Source of the DNA: an uncultured Candidatus Saccharibacteria bacterium
GTDB taxonomy: Bacteria; Patescibacteriota; Minisyncoccia; Phycocordibacterales; JAKAEA01
DNA: 58,828 nucleotides
Direction: 5' to 3'
Assembly: GCA_964532205.1 (NCBI GenBank)
Contig: CAZHGQ010000002.1
Coordinates: forward strand, 1-58,828
The notes beneath the pieces were generated by a model. It was not told where the DNA came from. It did no database searches and saw nothing but the letters and a program-made list of their open reading frames with translations. A program made the position numbers and the translations under genes. Shown one piece after another: positions 33,614 through 42,742 of this stretch (its first letter is position 1; every line of letters begins with the position of its first letter).

Positions 33614-34314
33614 TGATTGAAATAATTCCGGCAATAATGCCATTTGATGCCAAAGATTTAGAGTCCCACGTTTCGCGGGTAAAGCGCTCTGTTTCATGGG
33701 TGCAAATAGATGTTATGGATGGTCAGTTTGTCAAAGCTAAAACCTGGCCTTACAAAACTAATCGCGAATCATTCGACTCAATCTTAAATGAAGCTGAAGG
33801 TCTGCCGTTTTGGGAAGATGTCGAATATGAAATTGATTTAATGGTCACCAAACCAGAAGAGGTAATTGAAGAATGGATTTCAGCCGGCGCCGGTAGAATC
33901 ATTGTGCATATTGAAAGTACACAACAGCTGTCGGAAATCATCCGCAAAGTGAATGAGCGCCTCGGCTACACTAAAGAAAATGGTAAGCGTGATGTGGAAT
34001 TGTGGTTGGCACTCAATATCGAAACTCCAACAGAAAAAATTACTGAATATTTGGAGGATATTGATGGCGTACAATTTATGGGTATTGATACAATCGGTCT
34101 ACAGGGTCAAGAATTTGACGATGCTGTTGTGCAAAAAATTCGTGAATTTCACAATGCTCATCCAGAAATACCTCTTGCTGTTGATGGTGGTGTTTCGCTC
34201 GAGACCGCGCCCTTGCTTGTAGAGGCTGGGGTGACACATTTGGTTTGTGGTTCGGCTATTTTCAACAGTGACAACGTTGCCCACACCATCGAAGCCCTGA
34301 AAGCGTTGGGTTAG
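33613..34314 (+). CDS. rpe: Ribulose-phosphate 3-epimerase
   Basis: IDVMDGQFV, HIE, LAVDGGV and CGSAIF. Confidence 0.75.
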   Translation: MIEIIPAIMPFDAKDLESHVSRVKRSVSWVQIDVMDGQFVKAKTWPYKTNRESFDSILNEAEGLPFWEDVEYEIDLMVTKPEEVIEEWISAGAGRIIVHIESTQQLSEIIRKVNERLGYTKENGKRDVELWLALNIETPTEKITEYLEDIDGVQFMGIDTIGLQGQEFDDAVVQKIREFHNAHPEIPLAVDGGVSLETAPLLVEAGVTHLVCGSAIFNSDNVAHTIEALKALG

Positions 34315-35198
34315 TGTATTATATATACGTGGATAATCTCACGGATAGTAAAATCCTAGAACTTGAAACGATGGCGAATAGTATTCGCGAATCGATCATT
34401 TCGATGCTTCTTGAAGCTGGTTCGGGTCACACAGCTGGACCACTCGGTATGGCTGATATTTTTACCGCCCTTTATTTTCATGTTTTGCGTCATGATCCCA
34501 AGAATCCTGATTGGTCGGATCGTGATCGTTTAATTTTGTCGAATGGTCACATTTGTCCGGTGCTATATGCCACCATGGCTCATGCCGGATATTTTGATGT
34601 CGCTGAGCTTAAAACGCTGCGAAAGCTAGGTTCACGCCTACAAGGTCACCCGCATCGCGAATGGCTGCCAATGCTGGAAACAAGTTCGGGTCCATTGGGT
34701 TCAGGACTCTCTCAAGCAGTCGGCATGACCTTGGCCGAGCGAATAGATCATGGCAATTCTACTGACAAATTTTTCTATTGTTTAATGGGTGACGGCGAAC
34801 TTGATGAAGGGCAAAATTGGGAAGCGGCCATGCTTGCCGGCAAAGAAAAATTACACAACCTTATAGCTATTGTTGATCGCAATAACATTCAAATTGATGG
34901 TTTTACTGAAGACGTCATGCCAATGGAATCATTGCGGGCAAAATGGCAGGCCTTCAATTGGCATGTTTTGGAAATTGATGGTCATAATTTTGAAGAAATT
35001 GTCGCGGCAATCGGCCAGGCTCAGGCAGTCTATGAAAAACCATCGGTCATTATTGCGCACACGATTCCTGGCAAAGGTGTTAAAGAATTTGAACGAAAAT
35101 ATGAATGGCATGGCAAGGCGCCGAATAAAGAAGAGGCGGCCATGGCCTTAAAAGAATTGCGAACCTTGGGTGGTAAAATTAAAAGTGAACACGAATGA
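34314..35198 (+). CDS. Transketolase, N-terminal (thiamine-diphosphate-binding) subunit
   Basis: SGHTAGPLG, SNGH, GDGELDEGQNWEA and DRNNIQIDG. The start is GTG 34314, with ATG 34371 as the alternative. Confidence 0.88.
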   Translation: MYYIYVDNLTDSKILELETMANSIRESIISMLLEAGSGHTAGPLGMADIFTALYFHVLRHDPKNPDWSDRDRLILSNGHICPVLYATMAHAGYFDVAELKTLRKLGSRLQGHPHREWLPMLETSSGPLGSGLSQAVGMTLAERIDHGNSTDKFFYCLMGDGELDEGQNWEAAMLAGKEKLHNLIAIVDRNNIQIDGFTEDVMPMESLRAKWQAFNWHVLEIDGHNFEEIVAAIGQAQAVYEKPSVIIAHTIPGKGVKEFERKYEWHGKAPNKEEAAMALKELRTLGGKIKSEHE

Positions 35199-36190
35199 TA
35201 AATCCTCAAGCTAAACTTAATCCAAAACTTTTCGACCGCGATGTGGAGCAGGTGCCCATTCGTCGTGGTTTCGGTGAGGGACTTGTACAAGCCGGAGAGG
35301 CAGACAAAAATGTTGTTGGTGTCTGTGCCGATCTCACTGAATCTACCCAAATGCACTTATTCAAAGAAAAATTTCCAGAACGATTTATCGAAGTCGGTGT
35401 AGCGGAACAAAATTTAGCTTCTGTAGCTTCAGGTCTGGCAGCGATGGGTAAAATTCCATTTATTACTTCCTATGCGATGTTTAGTCCAGGGAGAAATTGG
35501 GAACAAATTCGCACCACGATTGCCTACAACGATCGACCGGTTAAAATCGTTGGTTCACATGCCGGCGTTTCCGTCGGTCCTGATGGTGGCACACACCAGG
35601 CTATTGAAGATTTAGCGTTAACGCGCGTTATGCCGCGTATGGTGGTGATTTCACCGGCTGATGCGATAGAAGCCCGCAAAGCCACCTTAGCGGCGGCTAA
35701 AAGTAAAACCCCAGTTTACTTGCGTTTGGTGCGCGAAAAGTCGCCAGTCATTACCACTGACGCTTCGCCATTTGAAATCGGCAAAGCTTCTATTTTATGG
35801 GAACCAGTAACTAAAAAAGCTGATGTTGGCATTATTGCCACAGGTGCTTTGGTCTACAAAGCTCTGCAAGCTGCGGTGCAACTGGAAAAAGAAAAAATTG
35901 GTGTCACTATTATGAATCTTTCAACGATTAAACCACTCGATGAAAAAGCTATTATTAAATTAGCTAAAGATACTAAAGCAATTGTGACAGTAGAAGAGCA
36001 TCAGATAGCTGGGGGTATGGGTTCGGCAGTGGCTGAGTGTTTGGCAAAGTATGCACCAACCCCACAAGAATTCGTTGGTATCAAAGATGAATTTGGTCAG
36101 TCAGGTAATCCAGAAGAGTTGATTGAACATTATGGCATGGGTCAAAAGGGTATTATCGAAGCGGTTAAACGCGTACTCAAGAGAAAATAA
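35195..36190 (+). CDS. Transketolase, C-terminal (pyrimidine-binding) subunit
   Basis: IEVGVAEQN and GPDGGTHQAIEDLA. It has an ATGA overlap with the N-terminal subunit gene. Confidence 0.88.
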   Translation: MINPQAKLNPKLFDRDVEQVPIRRGFGEGLVQAGEADKNVVGVCADLTESTQMHLFKEKFPERFIEVGVAEQNLASVASGLAAMGKIPFITSYAMFSPGRNWEQIRTTIAYNDRPVKIVGSHAGVSVGPDGGTHQAIEDLALTRVMPRMVVISPADAIEARKATLAAAKSKTPVYLRLVREKSPVITTDASPFEIGKASILWEPVTKKADVGIIATGALVYKALQAAVQLEKEKIGVTIMNLSTIKPLDEKAIIKLAKDTKAIVTVEEHQIAGGMGSAVAECLAKYAPTPQEFVGIKDEFGQSGNPEELIEHYGMGQKGIIEAVKRVLKRK

Positions 36191-36191
36191 T

Positions 36192-36413
36192 ATGGAATTA
36201 AAAATCGGCGGCATATACCAGCACTACAAAAACGGTAAGCAATATAAAGTTATCGGTGTTGGCAGACACTCGGAAACACTTGAGGAGCTCGTCATTTATC
36301 AGCCGCAGTATGAAAGTGATACCGCATTTTGGTTGCGGCCTAAAAATATGTTTTTAGAAGAGGTGGAGTTTGAGGGTAAGAAAACTCCGCGGTTTATTTT
36401 TATTGGTAATTAA
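36192..36413 (+). CDS. DUF1653-domain small protein
   Basis: GGIYQHYKNGKQYKVIGVGRHSETLEELVIYQ ... WLRPKNMF. Confidence 0.65.
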   Translation: MELKIGGIYQHYKNGKQYKVIGVGRHSETLEELVIYQPQYESDTAFWLRPKNMFLEEVEFEGKKTPRFIFIGN

Positions 36414-37414
36414 ATCTCTTTCGGTTTGTAGTCTGCCGGTGCTTTTTTCAAATAGTCTTCAAGCTGGGCTCGAGTAAGCAAACCTTCTTGCGCGCCAACT
36501 TTTTGCACCACAGACATTGAGTTAACAGGTCCCCACATGAGAGCTTCAGAAAGTGGTTTGCCGAGTGCCAGAGCAACGGTTACTGTCGAAGCAAAGGCGT
36601 CGCCAGCCCCAGTGCGTTCAAATGGATCGTGAGGGTAAATGGGCATAAACCAAGCAGTTGTGCCGTCGTATGCGTAGGCACCTTTAATACCATCGGTCAC
36701 CACGATAATCTTTGGTCCAAGTGTTTTTAGATCGGTCATCAATTTTTTAACATCGTGCTCCTGGGTTTTGAGGATACGCTGAGCTTCTTCGACATTGCAG
36801 AAGAAAATTGTGCTGCGCTGATAAATTTCTTTAAGAGCATCAGTGTCGAATTGCATTTGGTATGTACCTGGCTGGAAAGCTAAGTTCACTTCAGGATGTT
36901 TTTGCAAATACGCAGCAATTTCTTGATGATATGGCAATGAGTTGTGACCAAGAGAACTCAAGTATAGCCACTTCGGTGCTTTGGCCGGAGTCGGGAAGTG
37001 ATAAGGATATTCCTGGTGCTTTACTAAAATTGTACGCTCAACGTCGTACCACAAGACATAGTGGTAATTTGAAGGCATGTGTGGATGTGTGGTGACGTAT
37101 GTGGCATCAACATTATTTTTTTCAAATGAGGCAATGATTTCTTTACCGTACATGTCGTCGCCAACATCAGACACTAAACCGGCTTTCAAACCCAAGCGTG
37201 AGGCTGACACAGCCGCGTTTGGGCTATTGCCAACACCAGCAATAACTTTCACGTATTCAAAAGGCACTTTATCGCCGAAGGTCACGCACAATTCTTTGGT
37301 GCTGTGATCCATACTGTCTAAAATTTCTGCCTGCTTTAAACGAATAAAGGCGTCTGTGACAGTGTCACCAATAGCCAAAAAATCGACGTCGGGTTTTTTC
37401 TTAAAGAAATTCAT
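36410..37414 (-). CDS. PfkB-family carbohydrate kinase (substrate unassigned)
   Basis: N-terminal IGDTVTDAF and C-terminal TGAGDAFAST anion-hole motif. Confidence 0.75.
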   Translation of the reverse strand: MNFFKKKPDVDFLAIGDTVTDAFIRLKQAEILDSMDHSTKELCVTFGDKVPFEYVKVIAGVGNSPNAAVSASRLGLKAGLVSDVGDDMYGKEIIASFEKNNVDATYVTTHPHMPSNYHYVLWYDVERTILVKHQEYPYHFPTPAKAPKWLYLSSLGHNSLPYHQEIAAYLQKHPEVNLAFQPGTYQMQFDTDALKEIYQRSTIFFCNVEEAQRILKTQEHDVKKLMTDLKTLGPKIIVVTDGIKGAYAYDGTTAWFMPIYPHDPFERTGAGDAFASTVTVALALGKPLSEALMWGPVNSMSVVQKVGAQEGLLTRAQLEDYLKKAPADYKPKEI

Positions 37415-37420
37415 AGTGAA

Positions 37421-37429
37421 ATTATATCA
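37421..37429 (-). promoter_or_regulatory. Extended -10 (TGaTATAAT) 6 nt upstream of the kinase ATG 37414
   Basis: The reverse complement reads TGATATAAT-TTCACT-ATG. Confidence 0.5.
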
Positions 37430-37434
37430 CAGGA

Positions 37435-37487
37435 AAAAACGACTTCCGAGCGGGTTAGCGTAGCGCTTGAGCGAGGAGGTCGTTTTT
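37435..37487. promoter_or_regulatory. GC-rich imperfect palindrome between two divergent -10 boxes (candidate operator)
   Basis: AAAAACGACTTCC ... GGAGGTCGTTTTT are the outer arms (one G-T wobble). The inner part is GAGCG ... CGCTT. Confidence 0.5.
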
Positions 37488-37492
37488 GGATG

Positions 37493-37501
37493 TGTTATAA
37501 T
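37493..37501 (+). promoter_or_regulatory. Extended -10 (TGtTATAAT) 6 nt upstream of fba ATG 37508
   Basis: TGTTATAAT-TACGGC-ATG. Confidence 0.5.
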
Positions 37502-37507
37502 TACGGC

Positions 37508-38377
37508 ATGAAAACACTGAAAGACTATATTAAAGACGCAGAAGCTAACAAGGTGGCCATTGGTCATTTTAATATTTCCAACCTCGAAGCCTTGTGGGGA
37601 ATTTTTCATGCTGCACAGAAGCTAGGTTTGCCGGTAATTATTGGTGTCTCAGAAGGTGAGCGGGAATTTATTGGTGTAAAACAGGTGGCAGCGGTGGTGA
37701 AAAGTATTCGCGAACAGTATGATTACCCGATTTTTTTAAATGCTGATCACACGTATTCATTTGAAAAAGTAAAAGAGGCTATTGATGCTGGTTTTGATTC
37801 TGTTATTTTCGATGGTGCACAGTTGTCACTCGAAGAAAATATTGCTCAAACAAAAAAATGTGTTGAGCACGCTCGAGCTGCGGGACGGGAAGTGCTCGTG
37901 GAAGGTGAGTTGGGATATATCGGCACGTCATCAAAAGTTTTGGACGAATTACCCGAAGGTGTAAATGTCAAAGATGATGGATTGACGACAGCCGAAGATG
38001 CTGCACGGTTTGTAAAAGAGACGGGTGTTGATTTGTTGGCGCCGGCCGTTGGTAATGTGCACGGCATGCTGCGAGTCGGCCACGATCCTCGTTTGAATAT
38101 TGCTCGGGTCAAGGAAGTTCGAGAGGCGGCCGGCGTCCCTTTGGTCCTCCATGGCGGCTCAGGCACCGTTGACCAAGACTTTGTCGATGCTATCCATGCC
38201 GGTATTGCTATTGTTCATATAAATACTGAAATTCGTGTAGCGTATCGCAAAGGACTTGAAATTAGTCTGCAGGAAAACCCAGATGAGGTGGCGCCATACA
38301 AGATTCTCAAAGGTGCCGTAAAGGCGGTAGAGAAGGTGGTGACCGAACGACTCTCACTATTTAATGGCCTCAAATAA
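37508..38377 (+). CDS. fba: Class II ketose/fructose-bisphosphate aldolase
   Basis: AIGHFNISN, NADH, GELGYIG and LVLHGGSG. Confidence 0.8.
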   Translation: MKTLKDYIKDAEANKVAIGHFNISNLEALWGIFHAAQKLGLPVIIGVSEGEREFIGVKQVAAVVKSIREQYDYPIFLNADHTYSFEKVKEAIDAGFDSVIFDGAQLSLEENIAQTKKCVEHARAAGREVLVEGELGYIGTSSKVLDELPEGVNVKDDGLTTAEDAARFVKETGVDLLAPAVGNVHGMLRVGHDPRLNIARVKEVREAAGVPLVLHGGSGTVDQDFVDAIHAGIAIVHINTEIRVAYRKGLEISLQENPDEVAPYKILKGAVKAVEKVVTERLSLFNGLK

Positions 38378-38391
38378 GACCTAACAGCATA

Positions 38392-38419
38392 TTGACAAAA
38401 AACGTCAATGTGCTATACT
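38392..38419 (+). promoter_or_regulatory. Near-consensus promoter TTGACA-16-TGcTATACT
   Basis: TTGACA at 38392-38397 and TATACT at 38414-38419, preceded by TGc. Confidence 0.55.
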
Positions 38420-38425
38420 TCTATC

Positions 38426-38614
38426 AGTTACATCAAAGGGTAAAACCTTTGCGCGGGGTAGGCAAAGAACCCGTGGCTGTTCTTTGGTTTGTTCTTCGGA
38501 ACACCCCGATTGTTTGTGTTTGCCAAGGGCTTAATGCCCCCGATCGGTCGGGAACTAAACCCTCTTCGTAAGTCACATACTTCGCAACCCGAAGTAGTAC
38601 GAAGAGGGTTTTTT
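38426..38614 (+). ncRNA. Candidate ~190-nt structured RNA (independent sRNA or rplY leader/attenuator), family unknown
   Basis: Hairpins readable by eye: 38434-38451; a three-way junction CGGGG(38454-58)/CCCCG(38504-08) enclosing CAAAGAAC/GTTCTTTG and GTTC-TTCG-GAAC; GGGC-TTAAT-GCCC; and CCCGA-TCGG-TCGGG. It ends in a long terminator at 38557-38614. Confidence 0.35.
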
Positions 38615-38655
38615 GTTACCTGGATTAGCCCTATTGCATTTTTTGCGAAAATATA

Positions 38656-38661
38656 TATACT
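38656..38661 (+). promoter_or_regulatory. -10 box TATACT 8 nt upstream of rplY ATG
   Basis: TTGCAT-17-TATACT, then 8 nt to ATG 38670. Confidence 0.45.
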
Positions 38662-38669
38662 AGAAAGCC

Positions 38670-39323
38670 ATGTTATCGATCGACTTTAAAACACGAGATA
38701 TGAAGGTAAAACCGGACACGGTCCGACGCTCTGGCTCTCTGCCAGCAGTTTTTTACGGCCCCAAGGAACCTTCACAAGCTATTACTGTTAATTCAATTCA
38801 GTTTAAGAAGATTTGGAAGGAAGCCGGTGAATCTTCTGTTATCGTTCTTAAAAACGGTGGCGAAGAACACGAAGCTCTTATCCACGATGTGAGTGTTCAT
38901 CCTGTAACTGACATTCCACTCCACGCTGATTTTTATGTAATCGAAAAGGGTAAGAAGCTCCAGGTTAAAGTGCCTCTTGAATTCGTCGGTGTTTCTCCAG
39001 CTGTTAAGGATTTGGGCAATATTCTGGTTAAGGTGCTCCACGAAATGGAAATCGAAGCTATGCCAAAGGATTTGCCTCGTGAAATTCAGGTTGATATCTC
39101 ATCATTGGCCACAGCTGACAGCCAAATCTTGGCTAAGGACGTTAAATTGCCATCAGGCGTCACATTCCTCGGTAATCCTGAAGAAGTGGTAGCTGCTATC
39201 GCTGTGCCTAAGGAAGAAGTTGAAGAACCAACTAAGACAATCGAAGATATCGAAGTGGTGGGTGCTAAGGGCAAGGAAGAAACTCCAGCCGAAGGCGAAG
39301 CTCCAGCAGCAGAAGCTAAATAA
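38670..39323 (+). CDS. rplY: 50S ribosomal protein L25 / general stress protein Ctc (long form)
   Basis: RRSGSLPAVFYG ... HADFY, with an acidic C-terminal tail. Confidence 0.85.
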   Translation: MLSIDFKTRDMKVKPDTVRRSGSLPAVFYGPKEPSQAITVNSIQFKKIWKEAGESSVIVLKNGGEEHEALIHDVSVHPVTDIPLHADFYVIEKGKKLQVKVPLEFVGVSPAVKDLGNILVKVLHEMEIEAMPKDLPREIQVDISSLATADSQILAKDVKLPSGVTFLGNPEEVVAAIAVPKEEVEEPTKTIEDIEVVGAKGKEETPAEGEAPAAEAK

Positions 39324-39341
39324 TCTAAAAAAGGGTATAAT

Positions 39342-39375
39342 AAAACATGTGGTGATAACCACATGTTTTGTTTTG
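39342..39375 (+). terminator. Intrinsic terminator
   Basis: AAAACATGTGGT-GATA-ACCACATGTTTT. Confidence 0.85.
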
Positions 39376-39411
39376 TAACCAAAACCCCGGTTAGAGACGT
39401 AGTACATATAC

Positions 39412-40749
39412 ATGCTTTTATCGAAATTTAAGTTTTTCCTACCGCTTGTACTGATTATTGGTGTTCTGGTTAGTTTTAATTATCCGTTAGCCGCTCAAAC
39501 ACTTGATCCTGCCCGTGAAGCTCAGCTTAAAGCTGAGTTGCAGCAGGTCTTGCAAGAAATTGAGGCTCAACAAAAAGTTCTTGATGCTGAAAGAGCCAAG
39601 GGTGTATCTTTGCAGCGCGACATTAGTATTTTGGATGCCCAAATCAAACAAGCTCAACTCAAAATCCAAGCCCACAACCTGGCTATTGCCGCTTTGGGTA
39701 AAGATATTACCGCCAAGACAGCAACCATCAATACACTCACCGGTAAAATCAGTCAGAATAAAGAATCGTTGGCCCAGCTCTTGCGCAAGACAAATGAAAT
39801 GGACGAGTATTCACTTTCTGAAGCTGTTTTGAGTAATGAGACAATTTCAGAATTCTTCGACGATATTAATGATCTTGATTCAGTCAAAGAGGCGATTCAG
39901 AACACAATTGGTGTGATTAAAAAATCAAAAGAAGATACTGAAGCAGCTAAGCAAACACTCGACAAAAAACGTTTGCAGGAAATAAATGAACGTATCTCAG
40001 TTCAAGATGAACAAGCCAAAATTAAAAAAGATGAGGCTGAGAAAAAACGTTTGCTTAGTTTAAGTAAAGCTCAGCAGGCTAGTTATTCTAGTGATTTAGC
40101 CAAGAAACAGGCTCGAGCCGCTTCAATTCGAGCTGCTTTGTTCTCGTTGCGAGATACTGCTTCCATTCCATTCGGTGATGCGCTCAATTATGCTACTAAA
40201 GCTCAACAGTCGACTGGCGTTCGCCCTGCCTTTTTGTTGGCAATTTTGACCCAGGAATCAAACCTTGGTAAAAACGTTGGAACATGTAATCGACCTGGTG
40301 ATCCAGTTAATAAACAGTGGCAGGCTATCATGAAGCCGACTCGTGATCAGGCTCCATATTTGCGTATTGTGGCGGCTTTGGGTCTAACTCCTGAATCGAT
40401 GCCACTTTCTTGTCCACTTTCATCCGGTGGCTATGGTGGTGCCATGGGTCCGGCTCAATTTATTCCTTCAACCTGGGAATTATTCCAGTCACGTATTGGG
40501 GCAGCTGTTGGTAAGTCTGTGCCAAGCCCGTGGGATCCGCAAGATGCGTTTATGGCGGCAGCCATTTACCTCGGTGACCTTGGTGCTGGGGCCGGTACAT
40601 ATACCGCAGAACGTAATGCTGCTTGTCGATACTATTCTGGACGCTCGTGTGATTCAAAGAAACCAGCCAATAGTTTTTATGGCGATAGCGTTATGAGTTT
40701 GACCAACAAGATTCAAACCACAATGATTGATCCACTAAATGGGTTATAA
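39412..40749 (+). CDS. Secreted coiled-coil protein with C-terminal lytic-transglycosylase-like domain
   Basis: Signal peptide, ~230 aa of heptad-like Q/K/E/L-rich sequence, then FLLAILTQESNLG ... GAMGPAQFIPSTW. Confidence 0.65.
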   Translation: MLLSKFKFFLPLVLIIGVLVSFNYPLAAQTLDPAREAQLKAELQQVLQEIEAQQKVLDAERAKGVSLQRDISILDAQIKQAQLKIQAHNLAIAALGKDITAKTATINTLTGKISQNKESLAQLLRKTNEMDEYSLSEAVLSNETISEFFDDINDLDSVKEAIQNTIGVIKKSKEDTEAAKQTLDKKRLQEINERISVQDEQAKIKKDEAEKKRLLSLSKAQQASYSSDLAKKQARAASIRAALFSLRDTASIPFGDALNYATKAQQSTGVRPAFLLAILTQESNLGKNVGTCNRPGDPVNKQWQAIMKPTRDQAPYLRIVAALGLTPESMPLSCPLSSGGYGGAMGPAQFIPSTWELFQSRIGAAVGKSVPSPWDPQDAFMAAAIYLGDLGAGAGTYTAERNAACRYYSGRSCDSKKPANSFYGDSVMSLTNKIQTTMIDPLNGL

Positions 40750-40759
40750 TATATATTAT

Positions 40760-41398
40760 ATGAAAACACGTAATCGTGGGTTTAGTGCTCCTAAAGCTTT
40801 ATTAGTAATTGTTTTTATTTTTGCGCTTTTTCTCGGTGTGTATTTAGTAATGCTCTCAACAGGTCAGTTTATGGGTTTGTCTGGTGATAGATTAACAAGT
40901 ACGTCGACACCTCAGAAAACTATTGAACAACTTACAGCCAATTGGAAAATCTACAATACAGGCACGGGTTTTTCTATCAAATATCCACCACAAAGTACAC
41001 TTACAGCCAATAATGGTGTAGTTAACATCAGTGTGCCGTTTGTGCGTAAGTATCAGATGTGGACATCAAAAACAGTGACGGTGTCTATTACCAATGACGG
41101 CAGCTGTGATTTGCCTAAAAATGCACCTGTTAAAGAGATCAATGGTACGGGCTTCTTTTACGAAGATCCAGCCTATGGTGATACGAGCGGCATGAGTGTT
41201 GTCAATAAAATTCGTCGCTATACCACGTTGCTGGGTGTGAATTGCTATGTAATTGAAGAGAAATTGAGTGGTTTGGGCAATAATGAACGTCCAGCCTCAT
41301 ATACCAAACCAGCAGATCTCAACGCCTTTTTCAAAGAAGAGTTGATGGATTTGGACACCATTGTTCAAACATTGGTAATTTTTGAAACAAAGGGCTAA
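40760..41398 (+). CDS. Membrane-anchored exported hypothetical protein
   Basis: An N-terminal TM, then the TANWKIY-x5-GFSIKYP motif. Confidence 0.5.
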   Translation: MKTRNRGFSAPKALLVIVFIFALFLGVYLVMLSTGQFMGLSGDRLTSTSTPQKTIEQLTANWKIYNTGTGFSIKYPPQSTLTANNGVVNISVPFVRKYQMWTSKTVTVSITNDGSCDLPKNAPVKEINGTGFFYEDPAYGDTSGMSVVNKIRRYTTLLGVNCYVIEEKLSGLGNNERPASYTKPADLNAFFKEELMDLDTIVQTLVIFETKG

Positions 41399-41420
41399 AC
41401 TTGCGTCCTACGCCTTATTC

Positions 41421-41429
41421 TGCTATAGT
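41421..41429 (+). promoter_or_regulatory. Extended -10 (TGcTATAGT) 9 nt upstream of rpmE ATG
   Basis: TGCTATAGT at 41421-41429. Confidence 0.45.
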
Positions 41430-41438
41430 ACTTCGACC

Positions 41439-41669
41439 ATGAAAGTAGACATTCATCCAACATACCATCCAAAAGCAAAGGTTACCTGCGCCTGCGGTAA
41501 CACCTTTACTGTTGGTTCAACAAAGGAAAAACTCCAGGTGGAAATCTGTTCAAATTGCCACCCATTCTATACAGGTACTGAAAAGACTCTCGATGCCGCT
41601 GGTATGGTAGATAAGTTCAAGAACCGAGCTGCCAAGGCAACTTCAAAGACGACTAAAAAGAAGGCGTAA
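41439..41669 (+). CDS. rpmE: 50S ribosomal protein L31 (Cys-containing form)
   Basis: [10 protein letters not shown] ... CACGN ... [10 protein letters not shown]. Confidence 0.92.
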   Translation: MKVDIHPTYHPKAKVTCACGNTFTVGSTKEKLQVEICSNCHPFYTGTEKTLDAAGMVDKFKNRAAKATSKTTKKKA

Positions 41670-41680
41670 CTAATTGTTGA

Positions 41681-41705
41681 AAACCCGATGTTCTATCGGG
41701 TTTTT
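41681..41705 (+). terminator. Intrinsic terminator
   Basis: AAACCCGAT-GTTCT-ATCGGGTTT followed by TT. Confidence 0.8.
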
Positions 41706-41714
41706 GCATTGTCT

Positions 41715-42686
41715 ATGGATATAGAGTCACTACGAAAAAATCATAAAACGAGCTATTTAGCTGATATGCTCGACAAACTCAATAAAGAAGAAGCTGACAT
41801 TAAAGATATGGCAGCGGGGGATGCTTCAATGCAGGAATTGGCGCACAGCGAAATGGAAAATATCCGCGTGCAGCGTGAAGCTATTACCAAACAAATTGAG
41901 GATATTTTGGCTGCCGAAAAAGAGGAGGAGGAATTTCCCAATGAAGTCATTTTGGAAGTTCGGGCCGGTGCCGGTGGGCAAGAGGCGGCGCTTTTTGCCG
42001 CAGAGCTCGCGGCGATGTATCAGGCATATACCGTAACCAAGGGTTGGTCATTTACTAAGGTTGATGCTTCTGAAAGCGATTTGGGCGGATACAAAGAAGC
42101 TTCGTTTGAAATTCGTGGTAAAGATGTCTATCGCAAATTGCGCTATGAAACTGGCGTGCACCGCATCCAACGCATTCCCGAGACCGAGAAGTCTGGACGC
42201 GTCCATACATCAACGGCTTCGGTTGCGATCCTGCCGATGCGCAAAAAGGTGAGATTTGAAATTAATCCAGCCGATATTGAAATTGAAACGTCACGAGCCG
42301 GCGGTAAGGGTGGTCAGAACGTGAACAAGGTGGAAACCGCTGTTCGCATCATTCACAAGCCAACCGGTCTCTTCGTGCGTTCTACGGCAGAACGCAGTCA
42401 AAATGCTAACAAGGAAAAGGCTATGGCTATTCTCATGGCCAAACTCCAGGCTTTGGAAGAAGAGAAGGAGGCTTCAAAATTTGCTAAGGACCGTAAGGAT
42501 CAGATCGGTACTGCTGACCGTTCAGAAAAGATTCGTACCTATAATATCCTTCAGGATCGGGTGACGGACCACCGGATTAAGCGTTCATGGCACAATATTG
42601 AGAAGATTTTTGCTGGTGGCATTGACGATATTATCGAATCTATGGGTCAGCCGATTGACCCAAACGCTGTTGATGAGGATGAATAA
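41715..42686 (+). CDS. prfA: Peptide chain release factor 1 (short N-terminus)
   Basis: RIQRIPETE (PxT-type codon-recognition loop aligned to RVQRVPATE), [19 protein letters not shown] (GGQ) and [14 protein letters not shown]. The start is placed after the rpmE terminator. Confidence 0.85.
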   Translation: MDIESLRKNHKTSYLADMLDKLNKEEADIKDMAAGDASMQELAHSEMENIRVQREAITKQIEDILAAEKEEEEFPNEVILEVRAGAGGQEAALFAAELAAMYQAYTVTKGWSFTKVDASESDLGGYKEASFEIRGKDVYRKLRYETGVHRIQRIPETEKSGRVHTSTASVAILPMRKKVRFEINPADIEIETSRAGGKGGQNVNKVETAVRIIHKPTGLFVRSTAERSQNANKEKAMAILMAKLQALEEEKEASKFAKDRKDQIGTADRSEKIRTYNILQDRVTDHRIKRSWHNIEKIFAGGIDDIIESMGQPIDPNAVDEDE

Positions 42687-42742
42687 AAGCCTCTAAAACA
42701 CCCTTGCGTGGCTTAAAATCATGTGATAGACTCTATTCCACT

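Noticed and set aside
38489-38689. 66-aa plus-strand ORF between fba and rplY.
   Set aside because: It starts at TTG inside a hairpin, runs through the strong terminator at 38557-38614 and into the rplY start. The region is better explained as structured RNA.
40760-40850. Possible type IV prepilin signal ([21 protein letters not shown]).
   Set aside because: After the Gly-Phe, the +5 residue is Lys rather than the conserved Glu, and the FTLIE-like core is missing. I treat it as an ordinary signal anchor.
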